Positions 12,200 to 25,572 of a stretch of DNA of 64,000 nucleotides are shown here, in pieces. The DNA lies in NCBI RefSeq assembly GCF_009914755.1, contig NC_060934.1; one strand, given 5' to 3'. Made by a program: the position numbers and the translations under genes. Position 1 is the first letter of the stretch. Each line of letters opens with the position of its first letter. The DNA is from the human T2T-CHM13v2.0 reference genome, Homo sapiens. Under the pieces are notes generated by a model. That model saw only the letters and a program-made list of their open reading frames with translations. It was not told where the DNA came from and made no database searches.

Positions 12200-13453
12200 T
12201 GTTGGCATTTAAGTTTTTCACCAATTTATTGCTAAGAGGAAACATATAATAATATGCTATAGGGTCATAAAACCCACTTTGCAGCTATAGAAGCAAGTTC
12301 TGCCTGTGCCTGTGTATGTGTATGTATGACAGTGGACATGTAAGTGTGAAACTTTAAACACTATTACAGTAAGAAGTCTTTTGTTGAACTTTTGTTAGTT
12401 TGAGAGGCTGCAATGATTTTTCTCCTTTCAAAATGCTGAAATAGAACTCATCATTTTGCTTTTCAAATTAGCAACAGGTAGCTGGTTTGGAAGGCTGGAG
12501 ATTGATTTCTCTCCAGCTAGCAAGTCGTGGGGTCAGGTCACTGAAGCATGTGGGTGATATGCTGAACCACCAACTTGGCAAATATTGAACTATTTTAAGT
12601 GCATCTATTTTCTGGTTCAGTAAATTTTTTGTTGTGTTAAATTCATTAAACTCGACACAGTCTAAATGCCACAGCACATACTGGAGAGCCCATAAAGTAA
12701 CAGCAACAGCTATAAAATATAGCAAAAGGTAAGGATCGATATACTTTCTCTCTGTTTCTATTTAATTTTTATCTTTCATATTAGGACTGGAATTTGTTTG
12801 AAAGTTAAAAAGTACTGTGTGGCTGGGAAAATCATGTGGAATCTTATACTTTCTGAAAATCTGAAGGAAGGTCTCTTTATCAGTCAAGTTGCCCTCCACA
12901 CTAAGATGATGACATATATGACCTACAATTCAGGATCACTTAATAACTTGGGGGATAAATGAGAAATAAGAATTACACTCTGTTACCTACATTTTGGAAA
13001 AATCTTGTTTTGTATAATTTGCAAAAATATTGATTCAAGGACACATCCGAAGACTTAAGATGGGGCTTTGATAATGTGATTATTCTTTATTCAGAATTGA
13101 AATTTTCATAAGGATAATCAAGTTTTTGGCACACAAACTGTTATTGTGATTTAATGTAATTTTTTTGAGAGAGTCGTTTGTTATTTTTTAAGTACCACTT
13201 TTCCTCCAACAAGGAGTAGTCATAGCAATTCAGAAAAGTAGGGAAGGTGCAAGGTGTGAGGAATTTCCATTCTAGCATGGGTTGTAACTATCAAAATTAC
13301 AAAATTGATTTTATACTCCACATGAAAAATGATAATAAGTGAAGAACAATTTTCCAGTAATTTTTCTTAGCAAAATAGAAAACAAAATAATCAATAACAG
13401 AAAATTGTGAAAATAAAAACCCAATACACATGTAGAGAATAAGGATATAGGCA
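12200..13453 (-). other. RNLS: 3' UTR of the 342-aa RNLS isoform (about 1.25 kb)
   Basis: Non-repetitive sequence between the stop codon and AATAAA at 12225-12230; cleavage inferred about 20 nt downstream. Confidence 0.75.
12225..12230 (-). terminator. Canonical poly(A) signal AATAAA for the main RNLS isoform
   Basis: Plus-strand tttatt; U/GU-rich sequence follows on the minus strand. Confidence 0.75.
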
Positions 13454-13684
<231 letters not shown>

Positions 13685-13890
13685 TTAGTCTACCTGGAGA
13701 AATCAAGATTTCTCACAAGAAGCACCAAACAAACAAAAAAAATGCACACACAAGAAACAAAAAACAAACCAAGACTCACTAAACGCCCCTCAACCCCAGT
13801 TCAAGTGTTTATATTTATATTCTTAAATGTTTAAATTTTCAGTTATTAGATAAGGTAATCAGAAGTGGGCTGAACTTCAAAATTAGTAGG

Positions 13891-14244
13891 GGCTATAGTC
13901 TGAAGGTTTATCCCCCTGAAATTCATATGTTGAAGTCCTAACCCCCGAGGTGATGATATTAGAAGGTGGGGCATTTTGGGAGGTGATTAGATCATGGGCA
14001 AACTCCTCATGAATGGAATCAGCTCCTTATAAAACAGGCCCAAGGAAGCTTGTTGGTCCTTTCCACCATGTGAGGACACAGCCAGAGGTGCCATCTATGA
14101 GAATGAGGGCTCTCACCAGACACTGGATCTGCCAGTGCCTTGATCTTGCTCTTCCCAGACCCCAGAACTGCCAGAAAGAAATTTCTGTTTATCAGCCACC
14201 CACTCTATGGTATTTTGCTATAGCAGCCCAAATTGACCAATACA
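13891..14244 (+). mobile_element. MLT1A-type MaLR solo LTR
   Basis: aaattcatatgttgaagtcctaacccc...ccaccatgtgaggacacag...ctatggtattttgctatagcagccc. Confidence 0.85.
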
Positions 14245-14893
14245 TCCTTCTTCAGTTTCTCTCCACTACTCCTCATCCCATGGTTCCTTCTTCCTCACAT
14301 ATTTCCTGAGCGCTGTTCTGGCCCAGGCTCCATGCTGAACATTGGAGCAGGAGAATTTTAAAATTTCACAACCTTGTCCTTAAGGAAATTTCAGTCCTGA
14401 GAGTAGACTGACCCCAAAGCAGTCTTTTTAAACAGCTTTTTATTTTCATATCTGAAAGTATGAAAAAAGACACAGAGATTGTTTTTCTGGAGAAAATATT
14501 CTCAAAATTTGGATGGATGATGGCTAATAAGCATTTGCAGTAAGGAGAATGAGTGGGAGGTGAATGTAGTTATGTTGGACACTGAGATGATTTGGCCACT
14601 GAAACACCAAAAACCCTCTAAAAAACCAGAATATGAAAACTTGTTGTAATGGCCATCTCACTTGGGACTGCTTCACTGTACAACTTCAGGGGGCTCCATT
14701 CACCTGGATGACAATATGACAGTTCTAGTCTCTCTTATACAGTGTTTTCATGGATAGTAATAGAGTAAGGCCCATGAGGATTTACTCATTTAAAAATCAG
14801 GAAAAAAAAATCAAGAAATGTAATAAATTCTATTTAAATTATGGTTCTGAGATCTTTGTTCTAGATAGGCTGAGTCAGTATATTCCCTTACAG

Positions 14894-15294
<401 letters not shown>

Positions 15295-15658
15295 TGAACC
15301 TCTAAAGACATGGGCCTCTGTAGACCTGTGTCACTGAGATACAAAAGTGAAATATTAAGAGTATCCTCTCATGTTTCTGGAGGTCTCTTACAGCAACATC
15401 ATCTATCACAAACATAGCTGATAATCTTGAAATCAGCAGACAAGATCTTTGAGTGGCTAAAAGAGGCAGCATATAGTGCAGTCACTGAAGCACAGACTTG
15501 GGTGATCAATTAGAGCTTTTAACCTGCTTTAGATAGAATGTTATCAAGTTGGATTATTTAATTTGTCAGTAAAACACTACAGGAAGAAGAAAACGGCTAG
15601 GATTCTAGATATTAGTGATTTCAGAATGTGATAACCAATAGTCTAATAGCAAGGGATA

Positions 15659-16035
15659 TGTATTAGTTCATTCTCACACTGCTATTAAGAACGTCCCTGA
15701 GACTGGGTAATTTATAAAGAAAAGAGGTTTAATTGACTCACAGTTCCAAATGGCTGAGGAGGCCTCGAGAAACTTATAATCATGGCAGAAGGAAAGCAGG
15801 CACGTCTTACATGGCAGCAGGCAAGAGAGAGAGAGCATGTGAAGGAGGAACTGTCAAACACTTACAAAACCATCAGATCTCATGAAAACTCACTCACTAT
15901 CATGAGCACAGAATAGCGGAAACTGCCAACATGATCCAATCACCTCCCACCAGGTACCTCCCTCAACACATGGGAATTATGGGGATTACAGTTCAAGATG
16001 AGACTTGGATGGGGACACAGAGCCAAACCATATTG
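15659..16035 (-). mobile_element. THE1 (THE1D-like) MaLR solo LTR, sense to RNLS
   Basis: tgtattag...ggggacacagagccaaaccata; 5-bp TSD ggata/ggatg. Confidence 0.9.
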
Positions 16036-16209
16036 GGATGCTATATAAAAACTCAAAACCCAGACAAGACTGGGAAGAATCCTGGCAGACTGGGGCAATT
16101 AAATGGAGAGGCAAATAACTTTCTGGCTCTTAATAGGAGCTGAGGGCATCAGTTATTAGTTGTCCTACAATCATTAATGTTCACCATGATGGCCCCAGCT
16201 TTCAAGAAG

Positions 16210-16450
16210 CAATTCTAATATGCATAAAATATTCATTGCTAGCATTTCTTGAATGTCCACTGCCTATCAAATGCTGTATATGCACACCCCATTTAATTCA
16301 CATAGCAACCCTATGAGGTGGTTACTATTGTTCTTATTTTATACATAAGAAAGTTGAGGCTCAGAAAGATTACTACTTGCCCAAAGACGGAAAGTCAGTA
16401 GATAAAGAAACAGGGATTCGAACATAGCAGGCTGACTCCAGAACTTACAT
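16210..16450. mobile_element. MIR SINE fragment
   Basis: atagcaaccctatgaggtgg...gaaagttgaggctcagaaag...acttgcccaaag...gggattcgaac. Confidence 0.7.
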
Positions 16451-17299
16451 TTCCAGCACTTTCAGAAATATTTCCATAAAGACTCGATGAAGTAAAACAA
16501 AACAAAAATTTTTGATTAGTCACTTAGCTTTAGGCATCTGGAAAATTCACATCAATAGAATAAAGCATTCACACATATTCATATCTATACATATATGTGT
16601 GTGTCTATGTATAATTTGCATATACATAAATCTCCATTTGTGGTAAAATTTTGATACATTCCTGTTGACATCCCTGTATAGATAAACTGTGGCACTATTA
16701 AACATTGCACAAGTATTAACCAGGAAGGAGTTTAAGGAAAAAGGTTTTGCCCAGTCATGAGGTGGTAATTTATTGGTGCTGTGTAATTTAATTTGATGAG
16801 TGGTAAATGCCAGATGCCAGATCACATGGCTGGAAAACTGGGCCACTGATTAGCCAGTCGGCAGTTTGGATGAAATCAATCTCACTGCATTTAGGTGGAA
16901 TCACCCATTTTGCAATTACCCAATGAGGAAAATATGAAAACATGGAGCATGTATTGGCAAGCTCCTTCACCCATGTAAAGTAAGAGCCCTGCAGTGGAGG
17001 AGCACGTAATTGTCAAAGCCACAATCTCACAATAATGCAGCCTTTGGCTATGCTTTCAGCCACAGTGAGGAACCACAGCTCAATGACTGTGTTTAAGAGA
17101 GATGTCAGGGCTGAAACAACCCCTTGCAAATCCAGGTTGCTTTGGCTCACATGTGTGCCAGGGCTGGTCAGAAAGAACTCTTGCCTGCTCTAGAGTAGCA
17201 AATGCAATGTTTCTATAAACTTAGGCGATAACTGGACTGGGTATATAAATAAAGCTGAAGAAGTGGTTTTATTTCTAAGCAATTTAAACCCATGTCAAT

Positions 17300-17815
17300 G
17301 TGTTTTGTTATATAAAATGCAAACGCCAAAGCCCCTCATGGAGAGCTCTTCATAACCAGGATCTTACTTCCATTAAAATCTCACCTCGTGCCACTTCTCT
17401 CACCTTTGTCACCCTTGTCCTTGCCACTTCTCTCGCCTTTGTCCTATCTATATTCAAACTCAGGTTCTTTTTCTTGTACTTCTGTGGCTTGGAACAAACC
17501 ATTTTGCTGGGTGATGTTGCATTATTCCTCCTCTTTGCTGACAAGTAAATTGCTCATCCTTCAAGACTCAGTATAAACATCACCTGCTCTGAGGCATTGT
17601 TGCTCAGCCAGGCAAGGTCAATGCCTTTTCAGCATGTTATTTCTATCTATTATATTACTTGCTATTTTGCACTGTAATGATGTCCATGCCTGTCTCCTCT
17701 CCTCCTAGACTGCAAGCTTCTAAGAATAGGGACTCTGACTCACTGATCTTTGTATCCAAGGCTGAGAACAGTGCCTGGACCATATGAAAGTGTGCAATAA
17801 ATGTTTATTGTGTTA
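17300..17815 (+). mobile_element. L2 LINE 3' fragment
   Basis: tcatccttcaagactcag...ctagactgcaagcttc...acagtgcctgg...caataaatgtttattg. Confidence 0.65.
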
Positions 17816-18021
17816 AAAAAAGATATTGTACACAGTTGATCAAATGAAGTTCTTGACAGAAAACCTACACAAAAAGTATTATTCAGAGGCTCCCCATATA
17901 GCTGAGGAGAAGCTCAAATGGAGGAACTATTGTATTTAGAAGACTCTTAATAATGATGAATGAAGGGGTGTCCTCTGGCCTCAGACTGTGCACTGCTTTA
18001 ATGACTGTCTCCTGTCATGTA

Positions 18022-18102
18022 TTAAGTTGAACCACATAAACTTGCTGATTCCGTCGGTCAAAAATGGGAAAATATTGTCAATTTGTATATGGTTCAGCCT
18101 AA
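18022..18102. mobile_element. MADE2-like mariner MITE (about 81-bp near-palindrome)
   Basis: ttaagttgaaccacataaa...tatatggttcagcctaa inverted ends, flanked by TA on both sides. Confidence 0.8.
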
Positions 18103-18589
18103 TAGTTTCTTTGCATCATGATTACTAATTGTAAAAGTTCACACAAAAAAGTGCTTTTGGTGTGAAAATGAAATTAAAGATGAAAGGAAAGAGGTAGGCA
18201 GACAAGTAGGCTGAGTATTTTCACAAAATGATAGTTGATTATTTGCAAAATAATTCAAATAATGTCCATTCTTCCTTTCATATCTATGCTAAAGCTACAG
18301 TGCGTCCCTGGACTAGGAGACATTTCCCCATAGAGAACAGTCATTTGTCTGGCCTATAGAGTGGCTTTATTTTAGGCTGACCTATTCAGCCATCCAGCCC
18401 ATAATTTGGTTACTTAAACAAACCTTTCTGAAACATGGCAACAGGTGACATTCAAGTGGGTAGGCAAGAATTAAGGTTTTATAAATTCTAATTCTAGATA
18501 TGAAACTAATGTGATCAGGGAGACTGGACAATGAATAATCAAGTTTTTCCTGCTACATTTCCTCACTTACACCATGAATGCAAATTATG

Positions 18590-19217
18590 CCACATTTCAT
18601 TGAATCTAAGGCACCATAAAACACAACAATATTTTATGTACCAATGAGAAAGAAAAAATGGTGTCAACATGACACAAAACTTTATTTTATACTTAATAGA
18701 AAAGTTCTTTCAGATTTATCTACATGTATCTTTTGCAAACATAAAAAGGAAATAAAAGAGAAATACATTGGTGAAGCCATTCTAAAGGCTCGCATTTAGA
18801 GATGGACTTCTCCGAACCACTCTTTAACTCAGACATGCTGATGTCTGATATCCATGCACTTCCTATGCAGTCTGTCCTCTGTGCTGTCTAAAACACTGGC
18901 AATGTGGCATTTCTTACAAGGATGTTCCACTGAATTATTTTTTCTTGGGTTTTCTTCTGAGCTGCTGACACTGTTCTCCAAGTATGGATTATGCTTTTTT
19001 CTCTTCACTGGGAAAGAAAGGTTTTCAGACAGCAACTAGACCTCATATTCTTTCCTCAAATTGTTCTTAAGTAATTTGTTAGTTTAAATATCAAGAAGTT
19101 ACAGCTGCCCACTCCAAGAGCACCAGAAATAACCAAGTTCACACATGTGAAAACTACATCTTGACTATCTCCTGGTGTATACTGATGGAGTGGCATCTTA
19201 TAGTTGAAGAAATATGG
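18590..19217 (-). mobile_element. Tc2/pogo-type (Kanga-like) DNA transposon remnant
   Basis: Degenerate 27-bp TIRs: ccacatttcattgaatctaaggcacca versus reverse complement ccatatttcttcaactataagatgcca. Minus-strand DDE transposase relics GQL*LLDI*TNKLLKNNLR (cf. LQPLDVxVNKPFK) and VEHPCKKCHIASVLDSTED (cf. SFKKCxIxNALDGxEDD). Confidence 0.75.
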
Positions 19218-20861
19218 CAAGTACTAAGTAAGGTGAGGGGAGAGGGACAGTAAATACTCTACAGTTTCTCAATGCATGACAAGTCAAAAGATAATGAATG
19301 GTAGGATCCTTTAAGCGGTGCTTTTTCAGTTAAGTAGCATTGTTGCTGTTAGGACTTCTAATGTCTTTAGCATTGCTTGTTTAAACACTCCACTTTCTCA
19401 GCTCACCCAAATGAGCAGCGTCAGGTGAAACTGACAGAGATATACTGGTTATCTAAGAATCCATTTGTTCATTTTCAAAGGAAGGTAAATGTACCAATTC
19501 CAGAACCAAGTCTGGTTGTCTTCCCAGATCATTCATCTTGCTGGGCAAATTTCCCCAACTGTATCACAGATTATGGGGGTGACACAGGTGCAGCAACTCC
19601 TGACAGACATCACTAATCAATTGTGGCATTCTTTCCAGGAAGCCCAACAGGGCCTCAGCGTCCTTCTCTCTTCCGTGCCTCAGGCAGCCACCACCAGTCA
19701 ATTGGAGTTGGCATTTGAGAGGAATTCTATATACCAACCCTGGATTAGAAGATTACAGAAGGAACACATAATTAGAAATGAGGGAACTAAATATTCTTTA
19801 CTGTTTTTTTTCTCTCCTTTCCCATTAAATTACTATAGCTTGATGCATTGCCTTTCTCCAAGCCAGAGACCCTTTAATGCCAAGAAACAGATCACATCAG
19901 GAGCCATTTCCTCTAGATGCCGCTGCAAACCCAATTACAATTCCTTCTAACAACCTTCTAAGACCCCTCTCCAGGACACTACCCTTCTCTGGGTCACACA
20001 GGTGCTTTGGCTGCTGTGTGAAAATAAAATACAGGCGTTTTAGCTACAACCATAGTTCTACAAAATTGTATGCTAAAAATATCAGGGCTTGTGGAAAAAA
20101 CAGATTTGGGGGCAGATGACTCAAAGCCTATGGAACTTTGAACCAAGCACTAACAAAACCAATAAACATCATAGTAAAGTGGCTAGTACAGTTAACATTC
20201 TTCCAGCTTCTGCATCTAGCTACAGTGGTACACTCTTTGCAGCCTAGATCCTGGGGCTTGTGTTTCTCCTTTGAGATATGGGTCTTGGAGGACAGTTGCT
20301 TCTAAAATAGAACATTTTGAGCTAAATTGAAAATATGATCTAGGATGCTGCCTTTTTCATCAGTCTGTCATGTTAATATAGGGGAAATATCTTTGTGGTT
20401 TCACCATCTGGACTTCCACTTTTGCTAAAGAGCTTAACATGGTAGAAAACCAGCAATTCTTTAAGCCATTGGAACAGCCACTATTTGCACTAAAGGAAAG
20501 CATGTTTGTAGATTTTTAGTTTTTATTCCTAAGACCTTCACATTTAGCAAGGCTTTATCTTTGCCTGTAAGAAAACTTACTCCAATTACTTCAAAATATA
20601 AATGAGTTTGAAACCAATATGAGTCTCCTGATACTGATCTCTTATTTCTCAACTGCATACAAGGTAACTCACATTAAAAAAAAAAAAAAAACCTAGTTGC
20701 AAAAGACTGTAGATAATTTTACCACTTTCTTATGTTATATTACCTTCCTGCAGGTCATTTTAATAAGCTTTTGGTATGCATGAGCCTTGACAGCAGATGG
20801 AGATGTCTAAGCCATCCCTTGTATTTTGATACTCACACTGCATCTTTTAATAACAATTTTC

Positions 20862-21176
20862 GGCCAAGCGCGGTGGCTCACACCTGTAATCCCAGCACTT
20901 TGGGAGGCTGAGACGGGTGGATCATGAGGTCAGGAGATTGAGACCATCCTGGCCAACATGGTGAAACCCTGTCTCTACTTAGAAAAAAAAAAATACAAAA
21001 ATTAGCTGGGCGTGGTGGCACGTGCCTGTAATCCCAGCTACTTGGGAGGCTGAGGCAGGAGAATGGCTTGAACCAGAGTTGGAGGTTGCAGTGGGCTGAG
21101 ATCATGCCATTGCACTCCAGCCTGGTGACAGAGTGAGACTCTGTCTCAAAACAAATAACAAGAAACAAAAAAAAAA
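20862..21176 (+). mobile_element. AluSc-like SINE
   Basis: ggatcatgaggtcaggagattgagaccatcctggccaacatgg; TSD approximately aa(c/a)aattttc. Confidence 0.95.
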
Positions 21177-24100
21177 TTTTCATCCACTCCAATGTCTGAC
21201 AGTGACTTTTTACTTAAATTGTTCCTGAATTCAGAGAAATGCTATTGTTTACTGGTTGCACACTAACTTGACTGGGGAAAACTTTGAGTAATAATCTTCT
21301 TGCCTTGGCATTTCCCCTGCTCATTGCGTATGTGAGGTATTGACCATACTGGCAATAATAAATAGCTCTGAAGGCTAAGATGGTATGGAGCTGATTCATA
21401 CATTTTCTCACTTCCTTGCATTTCTCTACTCTGCTGCCATTGTAAACATAAGCCCATGCCATGGTACATAAACAGCAGAAATTGAATATTTGGTTAACTT
21501 GTTCTTTTATAGCCCCTATCTATGCAAAGCACAAAGGTAGTTTTTCCCAAAAGGCAATCTGTGGCAAGATGAAAAAAAAGTAAGAATTCTGAGCTTTTTC
21601 ATGGAGCTAAGTGCATTTTATATATATAATATGTATAAATCTGTTATGAGGTTGTAACTTTATTTTTGGGTTTATTCTTTTGTTTAAATTCTTGTAGCTG
21701 TGTTTTTGCCTTTTAAATTTTTAATTGAAGAATTAAAAGATAACAATATTACCTTAGTTCCCAAAACATCTAGAGAGATTTTACTGGTCCATGAAAAAAA
21801 AAATGCTTGGAACCACTGCTCTGGGGTAAGGCTTGACACAGCTCAAAGCAGAGTCTCTGTCAGTCTGAAGAATGTTTTCCATGAAAGGGAGAGATGGCGG
21901 CTAGGGAGGAGCTAATGTGAGCTTTGAAAACCCATCAGTAATTTCCATTATCACTGGATAACCTGAGTGTGGGTGTGGTGAGTGGATGAGTAATTTCTAA
22001 AAATGGAATGAAATCTTGTATAAAACATGTTTCCCAGAAATCTGCACAATCTCTTTTTTATACAAATATTACTCTAGATAGAACTAGAATCTACAGTAAC
22101 ACATGGTTCGTTTGTTCACCCATGGTTAAATATTTAGGTAGTAACCATCTAAGGGTTGGAGGAAAATAGGGATTGGGGGAAAATGACTTAATCAAATGTG
22201 GAATAAATTCAAATTACATGTGGCCTAGAGAGTGAATGCGGTTCATATTGATTCTCTGTATATATCTCCCTAATCTTACCATATTCCCAAGGCATTGATT
22301 ATAGCATTAATCACATGCCTGTTTACACACACAGGGAGAAGTGTCAATAAATGAAGGAGAGACCAGAACTTATTCTGATGTCAATGGAAATGCCTGTTTA
22401 CCTATTTGCATATAGGAAACTAGTCCAGGCACTCTGAAAAAGATATAACTTCAGTGTTGTGGCTACAGTGGAACAATACTATTAGCCACTGAATAAAGTT
22501 CCATAATATAAGAAAGGAAGGGCTGGGACATGAAAGTTGAAAACAGGTTTTTTTTTTAAATTTATACACAAAATATTTTCTATTGGCCAAATTCAAAATG
22601 TAATGTTCCTACTTCTACTAGGGGTGTATTTACCCTTAACGTTCTCCTATTTTTAAAAAATCCTTTTGGGGTTTGACGAAAATCCAACAAAATGTTGCTA
22701 ATTCCTCCACACACAACTAACCAAAATGCAATTTGGTAAGAGATATTTGATGTTTAAAAGCCTTTTGAGTCCTTAAAGTAGCAAGCTATGGGGGCTGTGT
22801 CTTACTCATCTTTGTATTTCTGGTATCTATTACTCCACTGTATATGACTGGCATTGAATAAATATTTGCTCAAAGAATGAATGAACACAAGCCAACAAAA
22901 AAGCTAATTCAAAGTCTTGAAATTTTTATATTTTCAGTGTTCAAATGTTCTCTAAGGGTGGTGGAATTTTTTTCTCTATGGAAATAATTTTCTTTAGTTT
23001 CTGAGTCTCTAAATTTTGCTTTTCCGCCCCCACCCTCCAAATAACCATGCTATTAACCACCTTCTCTTTTGTCACACTTAACCCCTCACCACTCTATCCC
23101 AGTTCCTGAGCAACTGAATTGCCCAGGACAACACCTATTCTGATTTAATTTAAAAAATTCTTTCTTAAAACAGTTGATTCTCCATGCTCAGATTTTTGTA
23201 GTGAAGTAGAAATCATATACATATGAAATATATTTGTTATACTATTAAGAAAAGTGAGGATAAAGATTATTTCTTAACCATACACTGAATCTTATTACAG
23301 ATAACTGATACTCCAAACTGGGATAATAATGATAAATTGGGGTGCTGATTATACCATTTAATCTATTTTTAGGTATCCTTCTTTGATAATTGAATCTCTT
23401 TTGGCCACAGATTTTTGAGGCTCTCAGTTCTAATCATCTTATGCTACAGTACCTAATATTCATAAAGAGCTTTATCAACACACGGGTGCTTTCCTGCAGA
23501 GATGGTACATTTTTAATTGGTTCTTATGTGTTGTGTTCATCATTTCATCTTTCCTCTGTTCTCATCTCTCCAGTGTTCTATTATATTTAACGGTGATTTC
23601 ATAAACCCATTTCTTTGTTGTGCTTTAGGGAAAGACTTACTTGTATTGTGGACTCCTGATTACAGAGCTCTGTATCTGGTACTACAGAGAGCTGCTGTGA
23701 AATTACTATTGGTTGGAATACCTTAGGTGTGAAGAAAGCAATGTGGTTTGGTCAATTCTCAGTGGAGCTTTTCATTTTATTGGCATTTGTCTATTCTATT
23801 TTAATAAACCATTGGGTAGATGCAGGCAGAATGTGCCACAAATCAATTATATGATCCATGTAGCAGCTTTAGTGGGCTCAAACTGCAAAGGACATACTTT
23901 GCTGAAATTGTATATTCAATTGCTGAGGTCTACATTGACTCTATTTAGATCTATTCTATCTTTTAAAACCCTGAAAACACTGGAGCAAACTCTTTTGACG
24001 AGGACTTGTTCAGAAGAAGCACACAATAAAGAATGAAATACGGTTTTCTCTAGAACTATTGAAGTAATAATGGACAGAACAATAGTCATATTACATTATC

Positions 24101-25572
24101 CTTTAGAGTTTTTAATTTAATAGAAAATTGTTCTGCCCTTCAGCAAGTTGTAGTATATTCATTCATTAATTCTTCAAATATTTGTTTTGTTCCCAGTAGT
24201 TGCTGAGCACTATGAAAAGTGTGAGGGTAAAAAACCAGCTCCTTTCTGTAAACTGATTTAACAGATTTGGAATTATTTTGTTTTCATCTAAATATAAACG
24301 TTCTGTCACAATTTCTCAAAGGATCCAATTGCTTGGGAGTCTAGGATGCAAAGGACTGAAAGTGCTTTCCATGGTGAGTCCAGAGATAAGCTGAAAATCA
24401 CTTTTCCTCCTGAACTGGGCCTCACTACTACCTCTTCCTGCTCTGTAGGTTGACAGCTGGTTAATTTCCTGCAGACTCGATTTTTCTGCATTTCATCTCC
24501 CATTCCCTATTTATTCTTCTTGATGACCCAGAAGCATGGCATTGACATTTCTTTCTGGTTCTCATTCATGTTAAATGGACTCAATGACTTTATATCTGGG
24601 CCATAGGATTATGGCAAAAAAGAATGCAGGCATTTTGATCTTCAGGTCTAGAAACGAACTTCCTTCTACTTTTAATAGTGTGAAAATTAAATTGAAAGTA
24701 TTAAAAAATTTAATGTTGTGTTCCTCAGAAAGACAATAATGGAGAATAAAAAACAGGTGGTTTTAAAAGTCAGCTTAATTGAACCTATATACAGTAAAAT
24801 TTATTTTTTGTGTGTATTGTTCTATATTTTGACAACATATACAGTTGTGTAACAGCCACTAGAAATAACAGAGAACATTTCCACCACCCCCTAAATTTCC
24901 CTTATGCCCCACTGCAGTTAATCCCTTCCTCTCAATCACAGCCCCTGCTAACACTAATCTGTTTTTTGTCTCTACAGTTTTACCTTTTCCAGAAAGTCAT
25001 AAACACAGACTGAGTCTGACTTCTTTCACTGAGATAATGCTTCTGAGATTCATTTACATTATTATAAATATTTCTAGTTTGTTCCTTTTTATTACTGAGT
25101 AGTTTTTCATTTATGGATGTGTAATATTTACCCACTTAGCAGGTGATGAATATTTGGGTTATTTCCACTATTCAGCAATTATTAATAAAGCTGCTAATAT
25201 TATTTGGTTATAGGTTTTTGTGAGGATGCATGTCTTCATTGTTCTTGGGTAAATCTCTAAGAGTGGGGTTGCTGGGTCACGTGGTAAGTGCATGTTTAAC
25301 TTTGTAAGAAACTGCCAAAGTATTTCTCAAAGTGGCTGTGCCATTTTGCATTCCTACCAGTGATATGTGAGAGTTACAGTTGTTTCACATCCTTGCCAGC
25401 ATTTGTCATCTTCAGAGTTTCTGATCTGAGCCGTGACTGGTTTCTTTCACATAGCATGTTTTCTTGTAGGCATGTCGTAGTATTTCATCATGGTTGTAAT
25501 TTGAACTCCCTTAATGACCATTGATGGTCATTGTCTTTCTGTGTGCTCAGTTGCCATTCACATCTCCTCTTT

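Noticed and set aside
15765-15785. Loss of the THE1 splice donor (GTAAG to ATAAG) in the sense-oriented LTR as evidence of purifying selection
   Set aside because: The same change occurs in two antisense THE1 LTR copies (near 50720 and 55647), so it is not orientation-specific.
19489-19950. 153-aa plus-strand ORF
   Set aside because: Antisense to RNLS, with no recognisable domain or promoter evidence. The region is kept only as a minus-strand exon or regulatory candidate.
20878-21192. Alu-derived ORFs (also 27425-27721, 38797-39021, 55858-56360, 63320-63672)
   Set aside because: Standard Alu translation artefacts.
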